DNA of 63,225 nt, filler included, from Reticulomyxa filosa (Eukaryota > Protista > Foraminifera), in NCBI GenBank assembly GCA_000512085.1. It is 24 parts of 24 records of this genome, joined end to end, with 100 filler letters (N's around TTAATTAATTAA, not from the genome) between each part and the next. Parts side by side here need not be neighbours in the genome. Positions count along the whole stretch, not along the records: positions 13,534 to 22,785 come from ASPP01005104.1; positions 22,886 to 24,426 come from ASPP01028199.1; positions 24,527 to 26,291 come from ASPP01004394.1; positions 26,392 to 27,691 come from ASPP01038818.1; 20 more parts are not named here. One strand, 5' to 3'. The notes beneath the pieces are model-generated. The model was not told where the DNA came from. It made no database searches and saw only the letters and a list, made by a program, of their open reading frames with translations. Of this stretch, positions 14,838-27,484 are shown one piece after another. The stretch's first letter is position 1. Each line of letters starts with the position of its first letter. The position numbers were made by a program, and so were the translations under genes.

Positions 14838-17047
14838 ATGATTTCATCAATTCCTCAATCTTTCCCTTATTTTGAAGTGGTGCTATACTCTTGTGTTAAG
14901 TCATAATTGTTTTGCTTTTGAATGATCATTCGCTGAACGTCACCAAAACCCTAAAACACGTCGAACAGGTCGGTATTTATGCTTGGGAGACGTACTTGAA
15001 CTTGCGACAACGTTCGAGACTGAAAGAGACAGAACCTCCAGCGGTGCTTTTGGACTACAAATTGACAACGAAAGAAAAATACACAACCGCACAAGCATAT
15101 GGACTGGACAAAAATTCATTTTCCATCATCCATGGTGTATTTGAATTGCTTCTGACATTTCTTTGGTTGAGTTTTGGTTTTAAATACCTCTGGGCTTTTT
15201 CCTCGACAGCTCAATCCAAAATGGGTTATGATGACACCTACGTTGTTTCGTACCGTTTTAATTGTTTGTTGTTTTTTTTTTTTTTTTGCAAAAGTTGAAT
15301 ATAAAAAAGCAGCGTTTCTTGTGCTTGTAAAGAAATTTCACTCGTTGCTGTTTGTCATATTCCATTCACTGGTTAGTACAGTAGTAGACATTCCATGGAA
15401 TTTTTTTCAGACCTTTGTGATCGAAGAAAAGCATGGATTTAACAAGCAAACGTTAAAAATTTTTATGACTGACACTGTGAAAAAGATTTCTATTTCTACC
15501 GTGTTGAGTTCAGTATTTATCTTCTTTATGTGCATGTCTTTGAGGTACATTTAAAAAACGTTTGTTCTCCATGTGCGTGGCCATAGTCTCCGTCATCTTG
15601 CCTTTGATGTTGATGGTCATTGAGTGGGGAGGCGATAACTTTGTCTATTATTTGTGGATATTTGTCTCCGTTGTTGTTGTTTAGTGCAAAATAAATCGAT
15701 TTTTTTTTTTTTTTTTTGTGACTTATTGGGAATGCAATGTTCCAAAGGCATTCTACATACACAAGCACACATCTGGAACAAACCAATCTTTCACTTGTGT
15801 ATGAACTGGAGATAATAGTTTATGATGATGTGGGTCATTCCAACGTTTATCATGCCTTGCTTTTATAAAGTTTGTTAAAAAAAAAAAAAAAAGCAATATC
15901 TGACAAAAAGGGATAGATATTATGTATGCATGTATGTAAGTGCGATACTCACATGTATTCAAATGACGTTGTTTGTTTGTGCTGCACAAAATAACGATAA
16001 TGGAATAAAGTTTGAATTGTTACAAGAACGACACTTGACAAAAGACACCGCCGATTTAATACCACAAATTAATGGATTAGCGAGTCGATTGCAATTTCCC
16101 TTGACCAAAGTTATTTTATATAATTTGTTATACACATTCTCTTTATTTGCTATTAATATATTTAATGGATTGAAATATTTCATCCCAAACTCTTGAATCC
16201 GTTTGAAAAAAAAGAAAAAGTGAGGCAAATGGCCAAATATGACAAGTGAGACAAGGGAAGGGGGGGGGATTGATGGGATAGATATTTGTAATGGATGGCA
16301 GCAGTCGTTCGAGCCACAGCAATGCATTTCAATATGGCTTTTGTGGAAACAAACGTATTGTATTGTTCGATACTTTGATCCAACAAACCAATACGAACGA
16401 AATCGTGGCTATCCTTGCACATGAGCTGGGACATTGGAAGCATTGGCATACCATTTTCCAGCTGGTCATGAGTGAAATCCAATTATTTATCATTTTTTCT
16501 TTATTTGGAATTTGTTATAAAGACAGGTATGAGTTTTATCTATGCCTGTCAATCAGCTCTCTTCTCGCCTCTGTTTTGTTTTTTTTTTAAAGATTTGTAG
16601 TGCAATCTCCTACACTTGTTTGTTTGTTGTTGGAATTTGTGATAAGCACGTTTTATCAATCATTTGGCTTTTCTGCACCAATTACCATCATTGGATTGTA
16701 TTTGTTCATGCTTGTATACGCTCCGGTATCTGCAGTGTGGATATTTGTGCATAATTCAATTACAAGGTACATCTGCTGCACATTGCTTTTTTTTTTTAAT
16801 TTTCTTTGATATTTACACTAACATGATTGATGCTTGATTGGATAATAATCTCAGATATTTTGAATTTCAGGCAGACAAATTTGCAGTTGATTTGGGATAT
16901 CAAGATCATATTTATCACGGATTAATTAAAATACATCAGGAAAACAAAGCAACACTGAATCCTGATTGGTTATTTTCGGCCTATCATTATTCTCATCCAC
17001 CATTAATCCAAAGACTCCAAGCTATTCGTGATGCGAAAAAAGACTAA
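14838..17047 (+). CDS. STE24: CAAX prenyl protease 1 (peptidase M48A), multi-exon
   Basis: WETYLNLRQ; TFVIEEKHGFNKQT; DGSSRSSHSNAFQYG; KRIVLFDTL; zinc motif AHELGHW; FEFQADKFA; YHYSHPPLIQRLQAI. Confidence 0.95.
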
Positions 17048-17687
17048 TGTTTTGTTTTTTCTCTTTTCCATCTTATCTACTTCACTTTTACTTGGGTGAG
17101 TTATTCTCATAAATAAAAATATTTCAATCTATTCTCTTCAACAATTAACATTTTTGCAATTTCCTTAAAAATAGGCAATTGTGTTCAAAAACTGGCAAGA
17201 TTTTTTGATCGCAATAGTTTACAGTTGTAAAAATTAAAAAAAACGAATCTTATTCCTTCTGTCAACCCGATGTGTTCTTATTCCTGTTACCTCCTGATAA
17301 TATTGGAGTGGCAAAAATTTTTCATTTGAGTTGCTCTATCTTTTTTTAATTAGGTCATTATTTCAATTGACTATCTTAGCTTGTTTTGTAAGATATCTCC
17401 AGTATAATTTCTTTAAGGCGTACAGCATAAGATTATCAAAAGCTTTACACGTTTCACAGTTTTTTAAAAAGGGAAGCAATTGCGGAAAATAAGTTCTTAA
17501 AGTCTCACCCCTCACATCAGCCATCAACTCCTTTAAGAAACAAATAACCAAGAGTTAAAATTTTTCAGCCAAGAAAAAAGTAACATTGAAAACAAGGGGC
17601 AACAGCAGTATTGTTTCTGTAAGCAATAAAAACACTTAAGAAACTTTCGGGGTGTTTTCAAATTTGGATTTTGTGTTGTGAACAAAA

Positions 17688-19861
17688 ATGTGTCACAGAC
17701 AAGCAGTTTCAAGCAGGCTAATGGATTTTTCTGGAGAAATGGAAGAGGACAGTACCGGTATGTGCACTTTTGAATGGTTTTGTTCTGGATTTGTCTTTTT
17801 TTTTTTGCTCATAAAAAAAATTGAAGACACAACGAATGAGAACACAGCAACAATAATGGAAGAAGACTGGAGCAACAGCTGCAGAGACATGAGTACGCAA
17901 GAAGAAAAATGTATTCACGATCGACAGTGGGAAAAAGAGCAGTTGAAAGATATATCGTTGCGAATGAATAAAGTGTTGAATATGTTGAAAGTAAAGATTG
18001 AAGTATTGAATAATGAAACAATGCAAATCGATTGGTTGGACGAAATGCAAAAGGAGCACCAAAAAGATTTGGAAGACATTACAAACTCCTTTCTTTTAAC
18101 TGAAAGAAAGAAAGCAAGAGAAATGGTAGATACCAAAGCTGAAATCCGAGCCTTGCGCAAGTTTGTTTATTTTGTTTTTTTTTTTTTGCGCAAAAAAATT
18201 TTTTTTTTAAAAAAAAAGAAAGTGCAAAGAGTTGGAAGAAGAATTGAAAGAGTTAAAGACAAAACACGAGAATGAAAAAAAAGGCCATTTGGATTTAAGT
18301 AATAGACAAGACGAAATTATCCAAGAAAAAGATAGGGTTTGTACGTAAGTGCCAAGATCCGTTGTTTTTGTATCGTTGTTGATTGAATCCTTTTTTTCTT
18401 TTGAACAAATACCATTTCAACAAAATAAATATACGCAAAAAAGACATTGGTCGAGGTTCAAGCGGCAAAAGCGGAGTTAGAAATGCAATTGAACACGTTA
18501 CAACAAAAATACGACAAATTGTTTAAAGACAATACGCAATTGAGCGTGCAAATGCACCAAAAAGAAAGTGCATTGCAGAGACAGTTTGCTGCCAAATTTG
18601 ATGAGGTTATTCCCTGTTTGTTTTGTGAGTATTATTTTGTGCGTTGCTTGTTTATCTCAAAAAAAAAAAAAAAAAAAGATGATGGAAGAGCGCCGTGAAA
18701 AGTATCGAACATGGAAAGAAGAAAGTGACGAAGCACTTGCCAAAAAAATAGAAAGTGCACAAAGGACTTACGAACAACAAATCGAAGATTTTAAACATAC
18801 AATTGAAACGCAAGCACAAGAATTGGAAGAGTTTCAAAACAGTTGTTTAGAATCATCACGACTTGTTGACAAACTTAAAACAGAATTAGAAAACGAAGTT
18901 TGAATATATTGTTTTGTTTTGCTAATGCACTGGGGCAGCTGCAAAAAAAAAAAAAACAAAGTGGAAATAATAAACAGAAAAGAGCGCGTGACAAAGTCGA
19001 AAAAGAGATGCAAATGCGACAAAAAGAAGCGAATAGTGAATTCAAACGTCTCAATGCAAACCAGGACTATTGGCCAATGTGTGAAAAGATTAATCTAGAT
19101 TTGCAGATGGAAATTGAGGTATTGAATAGATCCACACACAATAGTCAAAAACACAGGGAATAAATAAACAAAGAAAACTAAGCTCTGTTGATGGTAATTA
19201 TAAAACAATTGTATGGATTGTTGGTTGTTTGTTTGAAAGATTTTGAAGCAAAAATTGAACATAATTGAAGAGCAACACAAAATTGAAAGTCCACTTTGTC
19301 CGAGAAAACGCCGCTGCACCAACTCATCTTTGATGGTTCTTTTTTTTTTTTTTTGCTTGCTCACAATACACAGAATGTACAAAATATTAATAATAATAAT
19401 ACACACGTCAACAGGAGACAAAGATTTTGAGATCTGTGCAACAAGAAAATTTTCCTTTTCGTATTGTCTTAATTCGACAACAGGATGGTTGGATTGGATT
19501 TGAACTACAAAACCAATGGAACAGGCCCATCATTCTCAAAGGATGGACCCTCTCGGACACTTGTCAATCGTCCACATTTCCTTTGCCTGAAAAGATATTC
19601 GTTCCCAGTTTACTCTTTATCTCTTTCTTCATTGTAGATTCATAATCCTCAACTAGGATTGTCTGTGTTCTCTCAGAGGAAACCATCCGCATTTGTTTGA
19701 ATTCCAATAAAAAGCAAGGCAATGATTTGATCTGGAGAGGCTTTCATATCAAAACAGATGAAAAAAATGAACTGTGGGTGGAGGATAAGCTCAATTCCAG
19801 GCACAAAATTGCTACTTTTGCAATTCCGATTAGTTCTGGTCAGTTTGTCCTTAAGGATTAG
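17688..19861 (+). CDS. Lamin-like protein (coiled-coil rod, rod-end motif, SP site and NLS, lamin tail domain)
   Basis: Heptad-rich exons; spliced NLDLQMEIEILKQKLNIIEE..SPLCPRKRR; C-terminal FELQNQWNRPIILKGWTL..FPLPEK..ETIRI..DLIW is LTD-like; stop at 19859-19861. Confidence 0.65.
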
Positions 19862-20375
19862 CAAAAATTGTTGTTTTTTGGTGGAAGATTCTGTCCACAA
19901 CACATATTATCAATTAATTTAAATTAGACAGTTTTCAAAAATGACTTAACATTTTCAATACTTGTTGCATCTGACACGCGCAATAATTTTTCTTCCAACT
20001 CAAGTATCTAAACAGTGCTTTATGATGACATATGGAAAGGGTATTTTTTCTTTTAAAAATGTGTCATCCTTTTCTGTTCTCTGTGAAAACGACAGCGGGA
20101 AACTACCCATTGCGACAAAAAACTTTTTGATAATTTTTTCATAATGTTTAATTGTTCTCTTACAACATCTTAATCCAAAGATCATAACACAAAGAATGAC
20201 AGCAAAATATCCAGTCCTGTATTCAGGCAAGAATTTTTCATGATATAAATTTGAGAAATCTCCGACAATTTCTCTTCAGAAAGGAGATGCCACAAAAACA
20301 AACGAACACAAATAAAAAAAGAGATCTAGCACAATTACAAAACCAAACAGAACAAGAACTGGATTTTTGGCATGT

Positions 20376-22724
20376 ATGCACACGATGGAATCTGAGTCTC
20401 GTGTGATAGTGATTGAACAACTTATATCTCGACTAATGAAGCAAATGGAAATGCACCTCAATCATCTCTCATTGCCACATTCATCCACAAGTAGCCACAG
20501 CACGAGTGAAGACGCCAACAAAGAGACAGGAGGATGCAAGGGTAATCATGAAACAAATAATTTCACTTGTCAGCATCGACTTAATCTTCCTAACACAATG
20601 ACAAACGCCACAAGTTCTTCACGAGAAACAGCCACGACAAGTGACGATGTAAACATGGACACATTGGTGTATTGTTGTGATTTTCAGACGAACTTACTCA
20701 TCTATCTCCCACATTTTTTGTACTGGGCATTTATGTGCCCCTTTGAAGATGTGGTCGAGCGTTGTCGTGGCGTGTTGCACAAACTAGAGCAGCATTTGAA
20801 TATCCCTATATCAAATGTAGAACCACCCATTCCAATACCTTCACTTTATCTCAATATCATTACTGGTGATGCGAGTACCAAATTGGATGTCAATTATTTC
20901 GCATTGCCATACAAGGCTGACAAAACCTCTCAAAGGCTGTTCCAGAAAACCTTTGTCGTGTTTGGACAGTTAAATTTTTTTTTCAAAAAAAAAAATAAAA
21001 AATAAAAAATAATAAAAATTTAAAAGACAATTTATATATAAAAAAAAGTTTGGAATTTTCCAAACAAATTTCTTGTAATTTTTATTTTTTTTTGGTGTGC
21101 TCTCTCATATGTATAGTGTGACAAATTTAGATTTGCTGCTGAGCAAGTATCCATCTTATTGGGCAGATTTTTCCAACTTCAATGCCACGCTAATGCTTGG
21201 CAACGGACCCATTTTACAAGAGTGGAGATACTACCTGGCCATTATGGCAGCTTCGCGCTACGATTGCGAACCATTGATTGGCTTCTTGGAATGCAAGTTT
21301 CAAGAACACCACGGAAATCCTGCTTGGCTTATCGGAGGATTAGACGCTTCTGATCGAAAATTAAAAAAAATTACACAATTAAATGCATTACTGGCACATC
21401 AGCCATGGGCTATTTCACCTGATCATATCGCTGTTTTGTTTTATTTATTATTATAATATATTATTATCATTGTCACTATTATTATTATGAATTTTGTTTT
21501 TGTTTTGTGAAATGAAAGGACTTGACGAAAGGAAAGACCAGTGCATGGACGATATCGGAGATAGTCCAGGCGATGATCATAATGGCGACATATCATTCCA
21601 TTTGTAGTTTATACCAAGGATTTGCATTGTCACCAGAAATCAATTGGTACTTTCGTGGCTTGCTTGAACAAGGCATTGATTACGAAACCAGCGAGCCTGT
21701 CGCAAGAGTGATTGAGGCGGTGGAGAGTTTGGTGAAAATCCATGCCATGGCAAATGATGACGACGAAAATGCCAAGACAGAGGAAGAAGAGGTGGAAGAA
21801 GGAGAAGAAGACGTGGGAAACATTGAACGGAGAGAAGGCGATGAGAAATTGGACAAAGTCGCAGTGGAAAAAAGTGAGACCAATGAACAACAAAGAGGGA
21901 AAGCGGAAGAAGAGGAAAAGAACGAACATGATGACGGGAATGACGATGGAATAGTAGGAGATGATGATGATAATGATGACAACGACAACGAAGAAGAAGA
22001 AGAAGAAGAAGAAGACGAACAACGAATGATGGAAATGGAAGAGGTAGAAGAATATGACGAATACGAAGAAGGAAGTAGTGGTCAAGACAGCGACACAGAT
22101 GGACCCATGTCAGAGCTTTTACAAGAAGAAGCAGAGAATGAAGACGAAAGAGAAAAAATGGCAACTGCAAGAATGGAAAGCTTTCTCACATACAAACCTG
22201 ACGAACTTTGCAAACAACTACCTGGCATTTCTGAAGATCAGGCTTTGGAAACTGCAATTGATTTAGGTTTATGTTATCTTTTCTTTCTTTCTTTTTTCTT
22301 GTCATGTGTGTGCATGTGTGTGTGTGTTTTTTTTTTAGATGTGTGCGTGAATGTCTCAAATGCTCCAACAAGTGAACGAGGACATAAATTACAATTGGAA
22401 CTTTGGTCGATTGAGACGGTCAAAGGCAAAAAGAAACGAACAGACCAAGAGATTGACACTAGTAACAACAATAGTAAACCCAAAAAAATCATAGTCACGG
22501 ACACGTCCGAAACAGAATCCAAACCACCTGTCACTCAAGAGTCGATTCCACATAGCGGTTTGAAATCGACTGTCTCTTCACTTGAACAGAAACAGATGAA
22601 TGAGACAGCTGATAAACTTGCTACACAGGAAAAGAAAACCATGGAATTTGATCCCACTCTTGCACCAGACACGTCACCACAAGTGGTATTTTTTTTCTTT
22701 TTTGGATTGTCCGTTGGTGAATGA
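20376..22724 (+). CDS. Sestrin (PA26)-family protein with a long acidic insertion, 3' truncated
   Basis: GPILQEWRYYLAIMAASRYDC..KLKKITQLNALLAHQPWAISPDHI..WTISEIVQAMIIMATYHS aligns by eye with the sestrin N-terminal AhpD-like domain. Confidence 0.85.
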
Positions 22725-22742
22725 CATTACATTGTAATAATA

Positions 22743-22777
<35 letters not shown>

Positions 22778-22885
22778 AAAAAAAANNNNNNNNNNNNNNN
22801 NNNNNNNNNNNNNNNNNNNNNNNNNNNNNTTAATTAATTAANNNNNNNNNNNNNNNNNNNNNNNNNNNNNNNNNNNNNNNNNNNN

Positions 22886-24390
22886 AATGGCGACGGTGGT
22901 GGAGGAAGGGCTTTGAATTGCCAAATATACCCATGTTGCAAATATAGCATTTGATCACGAGTTTTGCCCTTGCCACATCTGGGATGTTGCAGATCTTCCA
23001 GAGGGAGTCTTCGAATGCGACGTTGCACTCGCTCAATCCCTCCGTGAAATCTCAAAATGGCATAGTTCAAGTCATATCTCTGCATAGTGGCTATATCCTG
23101 GATTGTCGGCAACTCCAAGTTTTTAATGACATGATAATCGAGTTGGTAGACCGAGTCTGTGTACCAAGAATAAAACGCTAGCAATTCTTTGGCAAGTAAC
23201 ACAAAGTCTTGAAACTCTTCCGACGCACTTTGTGCAAAAGGGGATTGACCACTGAATGATTCATGCAATGGGATTTCAAAATACAATGACAAAAGTTGCA
23301 TTACTTCGATTTCATTCAAATGCGACTTTGATCTAAATTGTTCAATCAAATAGTAGTACATTCTTCGTTTGAAAAAGGGCAGTTGTTTGGCATATTTGGC
23401 ACTCGAATTGGAACGTAAGTCACTTGCCAATTGTTCCAAAGCAGTCCATAGATTGTCCAAAGCAGCACTTTGAAACTCCAAACGACTAGGGAAAAAGGGG
23501 ATTTTTTCGAGTTCCAAAAACTCAGTTACGTGTTGTTTGAGTTTAGCAGGATCCCGCCAATCGTATTGTGTTTGCGAGGGACCACTACTGCTATGGTCCT
23601 CCTCCTCATTCTTGCCAATATCAAAATCCGCATAGATATATTTGGCCATTGACGGAAACCCTCCATGCTTTTCGATACACTTCCTGAGCCATCCAAACCC
23701 AGATTGGCTGAACCACGACGGTTGCGGGAACGTCGTCATCTCATTCTCCTCCATCACGCGTCTGCACTCCCTCGCCACATTGTTTCTCACATTCCAATAC
23801 GACAATGGTTTCGGAGGGTTTGGCAACAGATCGGTGATATTTTTCCAACTTTTATGATATCTTTTTTATTTTTTTAAAAAAGGGGAGGACCAGTCAATCA
23901 AGTTCATTCATCAAAAAAAAAAAATATATATGTGCATATATACATGTACACATATGTATATGTATATAAACTTTAAAATAGCAAAAATAACATCAAATCT
24001 GTTTCTACGAATGAGTTCAGCAAGGTGAAGTGGACTGTTGAAAGCATTGTTTCTTTGACAGAGAATGAGATGAAGCTCTTGAGCAAGCCGCGAGTGGGTT
24101 TCATATTTGTGGGCTTGGAGAACAAATGAGGGCAAGTAGTCGCCTGGTCTTTCGCACAGACGCATGGAAGGGACGAGCACGTTGAGCGACTTCCACAAAG
24201 TCATATCCGTGAACACCGTGTCGGCCTTGTCAGGCTGTCGTCGCAGCTGTTTCCCAAACACAACATTCCCAGTGAACCGCTCGTGCAGCCTTCCAAGTTT
24301 CATCGACAAATCCAAAAACCCACACGCCTTCAGCTCCAATGCCGTTGGGAGATACGACGCATTCGCGCCCGACTTGCGATAATATTCCTT
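22886..24390 (-). CDS. Hypothetical protein with repeated helical units (W...P...L...R.DL..AI..HGG)
   Basis: Units SYWN..FPQPSWF..WLRKCIEKHGGF, DWRD..FPSRLEF..DNLWTAL and LPTIQDIATMQRYDLNYAILRFHGG; a poly-A/TA intron separates two long ORFs. Confidence 0.6.
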
Positions 24391-24544
24391 CCTATTTTTT
24401 TTTTTTAATACATATACACATATATANNNNNNNNNNNNNNNNNNNNNNNNNNNNNNNNNNNNNNNNNNNNTTAATTAATTAANNNNNNNNNNNNNNNNNN
24501 NNNNNNNNNNNNNNNNNNNNNNNNNNTTTTTTTTTTTATTTAAT

Positions 24545-25760
24545 GCGGGTGTAAACCCTTAATACGCTGGAGCGGGTGTTGGAGGCATTGGGCCCTATAA
24601 ATCATAATATTATTATTGTTATAATGTAAAAAATAACAGAAACATAAGAACAAAACTTTTTTTTTGTGGTTGGTTACAACCCGTTGGACTCGCTGCGGCC
24701 AGGCGAGTGGCACTTTGCTTCTATAAAGTATGACAATATTGTATTTGTAAGTGAGTGCAAAACAAAATAGAATTAAACTTCATTTTTTTATGTTTTGCAC
24801 AGCTGAGGGCCCGTCGTCGCGTGTTGGATGGCGTCTTTGGGCGTTGACTCTGTGTGCAGAATATTGGCTTTCAGTATTGACATAAATTTTAAGAAATAAA
24901 TCACACCTTTTTTTATTTTGTTGGATTTGCTGGAGCCGCTGGAAGCGCACATGACTGCCTTTGCACCGTTGCCTGTAAACAGTTGTCATGTCGTAATGCA
25001 ATTATAGTAATAATAAATAAATAAAACATAAATCAAACCATTTTTTTTTTTATGGGTTTTAAACCCGTAGTCGGAGGCTGAACGGGGTCTCTGATGCTGT
25101 TGCCATACATACACATAATAATCTTTAATAATAATATAAACAATAAAAGATAAATCAAAACTTTTTTATTTTTTTGTTGGATACGGGTTATAGACCCGTT
25201 GGAGCACACAGGAAGTTGCTGGAGCATCGGACATCTATAAATAATAATAATATTATTATTATTATAACATAAAAAAACAAATTTAGAACAAAACTTTTTT
25301 TTTGTTTGATGGGTTTCAAACCCGTAGACATGCGCGCTTGAGGCTCTTTGCTATATAACATCAACAAATTAATTTAATTAATAAAAATAAATATAAAATA
25401 AAGATTAACTGATTGGTTGCACACCAGTTGTTGAGCGCATATTTGTTGGTGCTGGCGCTCGACGCAACCTGGTTGCATTATGATAATGCACTTAAATAAG
25501 TGCAATCAAAATTTTTTTTTTCGGGTTGAAAACCCGTTTGCACTGGTTGGTGGAGTGGTGCTCTGTAAAAATGTTTTTTTAATGTTGCTTTCATCAAAAA
25601 AAAATAATAATAATAATAAATCTAAACTTTTGGCTGGCGGGTTGTAAGCCCGTAGTTGCGGTTTTGAGCCGCTTCGGCATCGGTGTTATTATAAATAATA
25701 ACCCCGACACCAAAGCAACTCCCGAATGTTTTTTCGGGCTTTGTGCCCGGGGTGTCATTT
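24545..25760. repeat. Tandem array of about 11 degenerate units with ~120-bp period (T-tract, GGGTT-N-AACCCGT hairpin, GC-rich variable segment, AT-rich segment)
   Basis: Cores at about 24547, 24672, 24807, 24930 (weak), 25052, 25183, 25309, 25412, 25522, 25637 and 25735. Confidence 0.7.
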
Positions 25761-26391
25761 GTCATCTATTAAAAAAAAAAATTTTAAAGTATTTGTATAT
25801 ATGGTATACACACATAAATACTAAACTTTTTTTTGAGCAATTATTGTAGCCCTTTGTCAGGGGATGGTGTTGCTTGCGCAACAACAGAATGTAGTGATTG
25901 TACTACATTTCACCATCCCATATTTCGTTGCAAGCGTCGGCCTGACGTTGACGTCAGTGCCGATCGTTTGGAATTTTGTGTAGTGTGTGTATGGGGAGTT
26001 GGGGGTATTGTTGTGTATTTGTGTGTATGGGGATTGTGGAGTTGGTTGGGGTATTGTGTTGTGTGTGTTGAGCATGATGGAGTGGGATGGAGTGTGATGA
26101 TTGTGATGGAGTTGGATGATTAGGATGGAGTTGGATGACGTTGTTGTGTTGAGTGCTGCAAAATGGATTGATGCTGCAGCATGGGCATCGAGCCCTTAAA
26201 TTGATGTTGGTGCGATATGCACCTGTTTTCAGGAGCAATGATTTGTGGAGCGTTGCATGATGAGTTTGAATAGTTTTAGCACGGGGTATACNNNNNNNNN
26301 NNNNNNNNNNNNNNNNNNNNNNNNNNNNNNNNNNNTTAATTAATTAANNNNNNNNNNNNNNNNNNNNNNNNNNNNNNNNNNNNNNNNNNNN

Positions 26392-26862
26392 ATATATAAT
26401 ATAGTAATTACCAAATGCTTCATTCTCATATTTTCCAAAGTGGTTTTATTTTGGAGTAACAAAGAGACATGAAAGAGGAAAAATCCGCCGACGGATAGAC
26501 AAAAGGAAAAGGTGATAAACAGACTTAGGATCGTCCATACTCCGACTTTGTCTCCAAAAGAGTTGATATTGTCAAAGACGAACGCCCCAGTACACAATGT
26601 GTATATCCCTGCGGTGATTGACACCCAGAATAAAAACACCAAAAAGTATTTGTAATTGTGCAATCCAACGCAATTGCCAACCCATGGACAATGATGATCC
26701 TATTGTTCAATTCCAGTCGTTTATTCATATCATTCCAATTATTCATTTTGTTGTTGTTGTTGTTTTTTTCCCCCTCCTCCTCCTTCTGCATGCAAACATA
26801 CCATTTTCAAAATGCACGTTCGACTTTGTTGTGTTCCATTTTCATTTATTTGTATGTTTGTA

Positions 26863-26893
<31 letters not shown>

Positions 26894-27484
26894 TAAACAG
26901 ATTTTTTTTACATTTAAAAAAGATGATACCAAATGGAGCAATGATGTGCTCTTGGCGGCTTGAGATTTTTACATTTTTCACACTTTGCACATTTAGTTTC
27001 ATCGAACCCTACTGGTGGAGGATTGTCTGTGTCACAGAGCATGATAGAATCCTTATTTTTAACAACATTTTATGATTGAAATTTTTGTTGTTGTTATTGT
27101 TGTTGTCGCAAGCAATAGATATTATTGCACCTTCTACAGCACAGCTTGTGCACATGGCTCGTAGATACGAAACGATCAACAAGGCTAAACAAATGGTGAA
27201 AACAGATATGCAAAGATTGCTTTTTAGAGGGTCCAGCTTTTTTAGCAGCGTTTTTCGTGCTGAACTATACATTACACTACTGTCACCATAAATTATGACG
27301 AATACGATCAGATCTGTGTAGTCGGCAGCAGACACACATAGAAATCCACTTAAAAAACAAATACACATATATATATAATGTCTGATACTTCAAAATTAAT
27401 AATAAACATACCTGGGAGTTTGCATGCTAACTTCAACCAGAAGGAAGAACAAGCCATCTTCAATTTAAAAAAAACTTACTTCAT
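26392..27484 (-). CDS. DHHC-type protein S-palmitoyltransferase, multi-exon
   Basis: Spliced [22 protein letters not shown]|[19 protein letters not shown], flanking TM helices and NKTTLE; start position approximate. Confidence 0.92.

Noticed and set aside
19962-20144. CFMM downstream of the lamin-like gene as its CaaX box
   Set aside because: It is not followed by a stop codon, and I could not support a splice linking it to the lamin tail.
24545-25760. CRISPR array
   Set aside because: The repeats are too degenerate and short, the period is about 120 bp with AT-rich intron-like segments, the context is eukaryotic and no cas gene is present.
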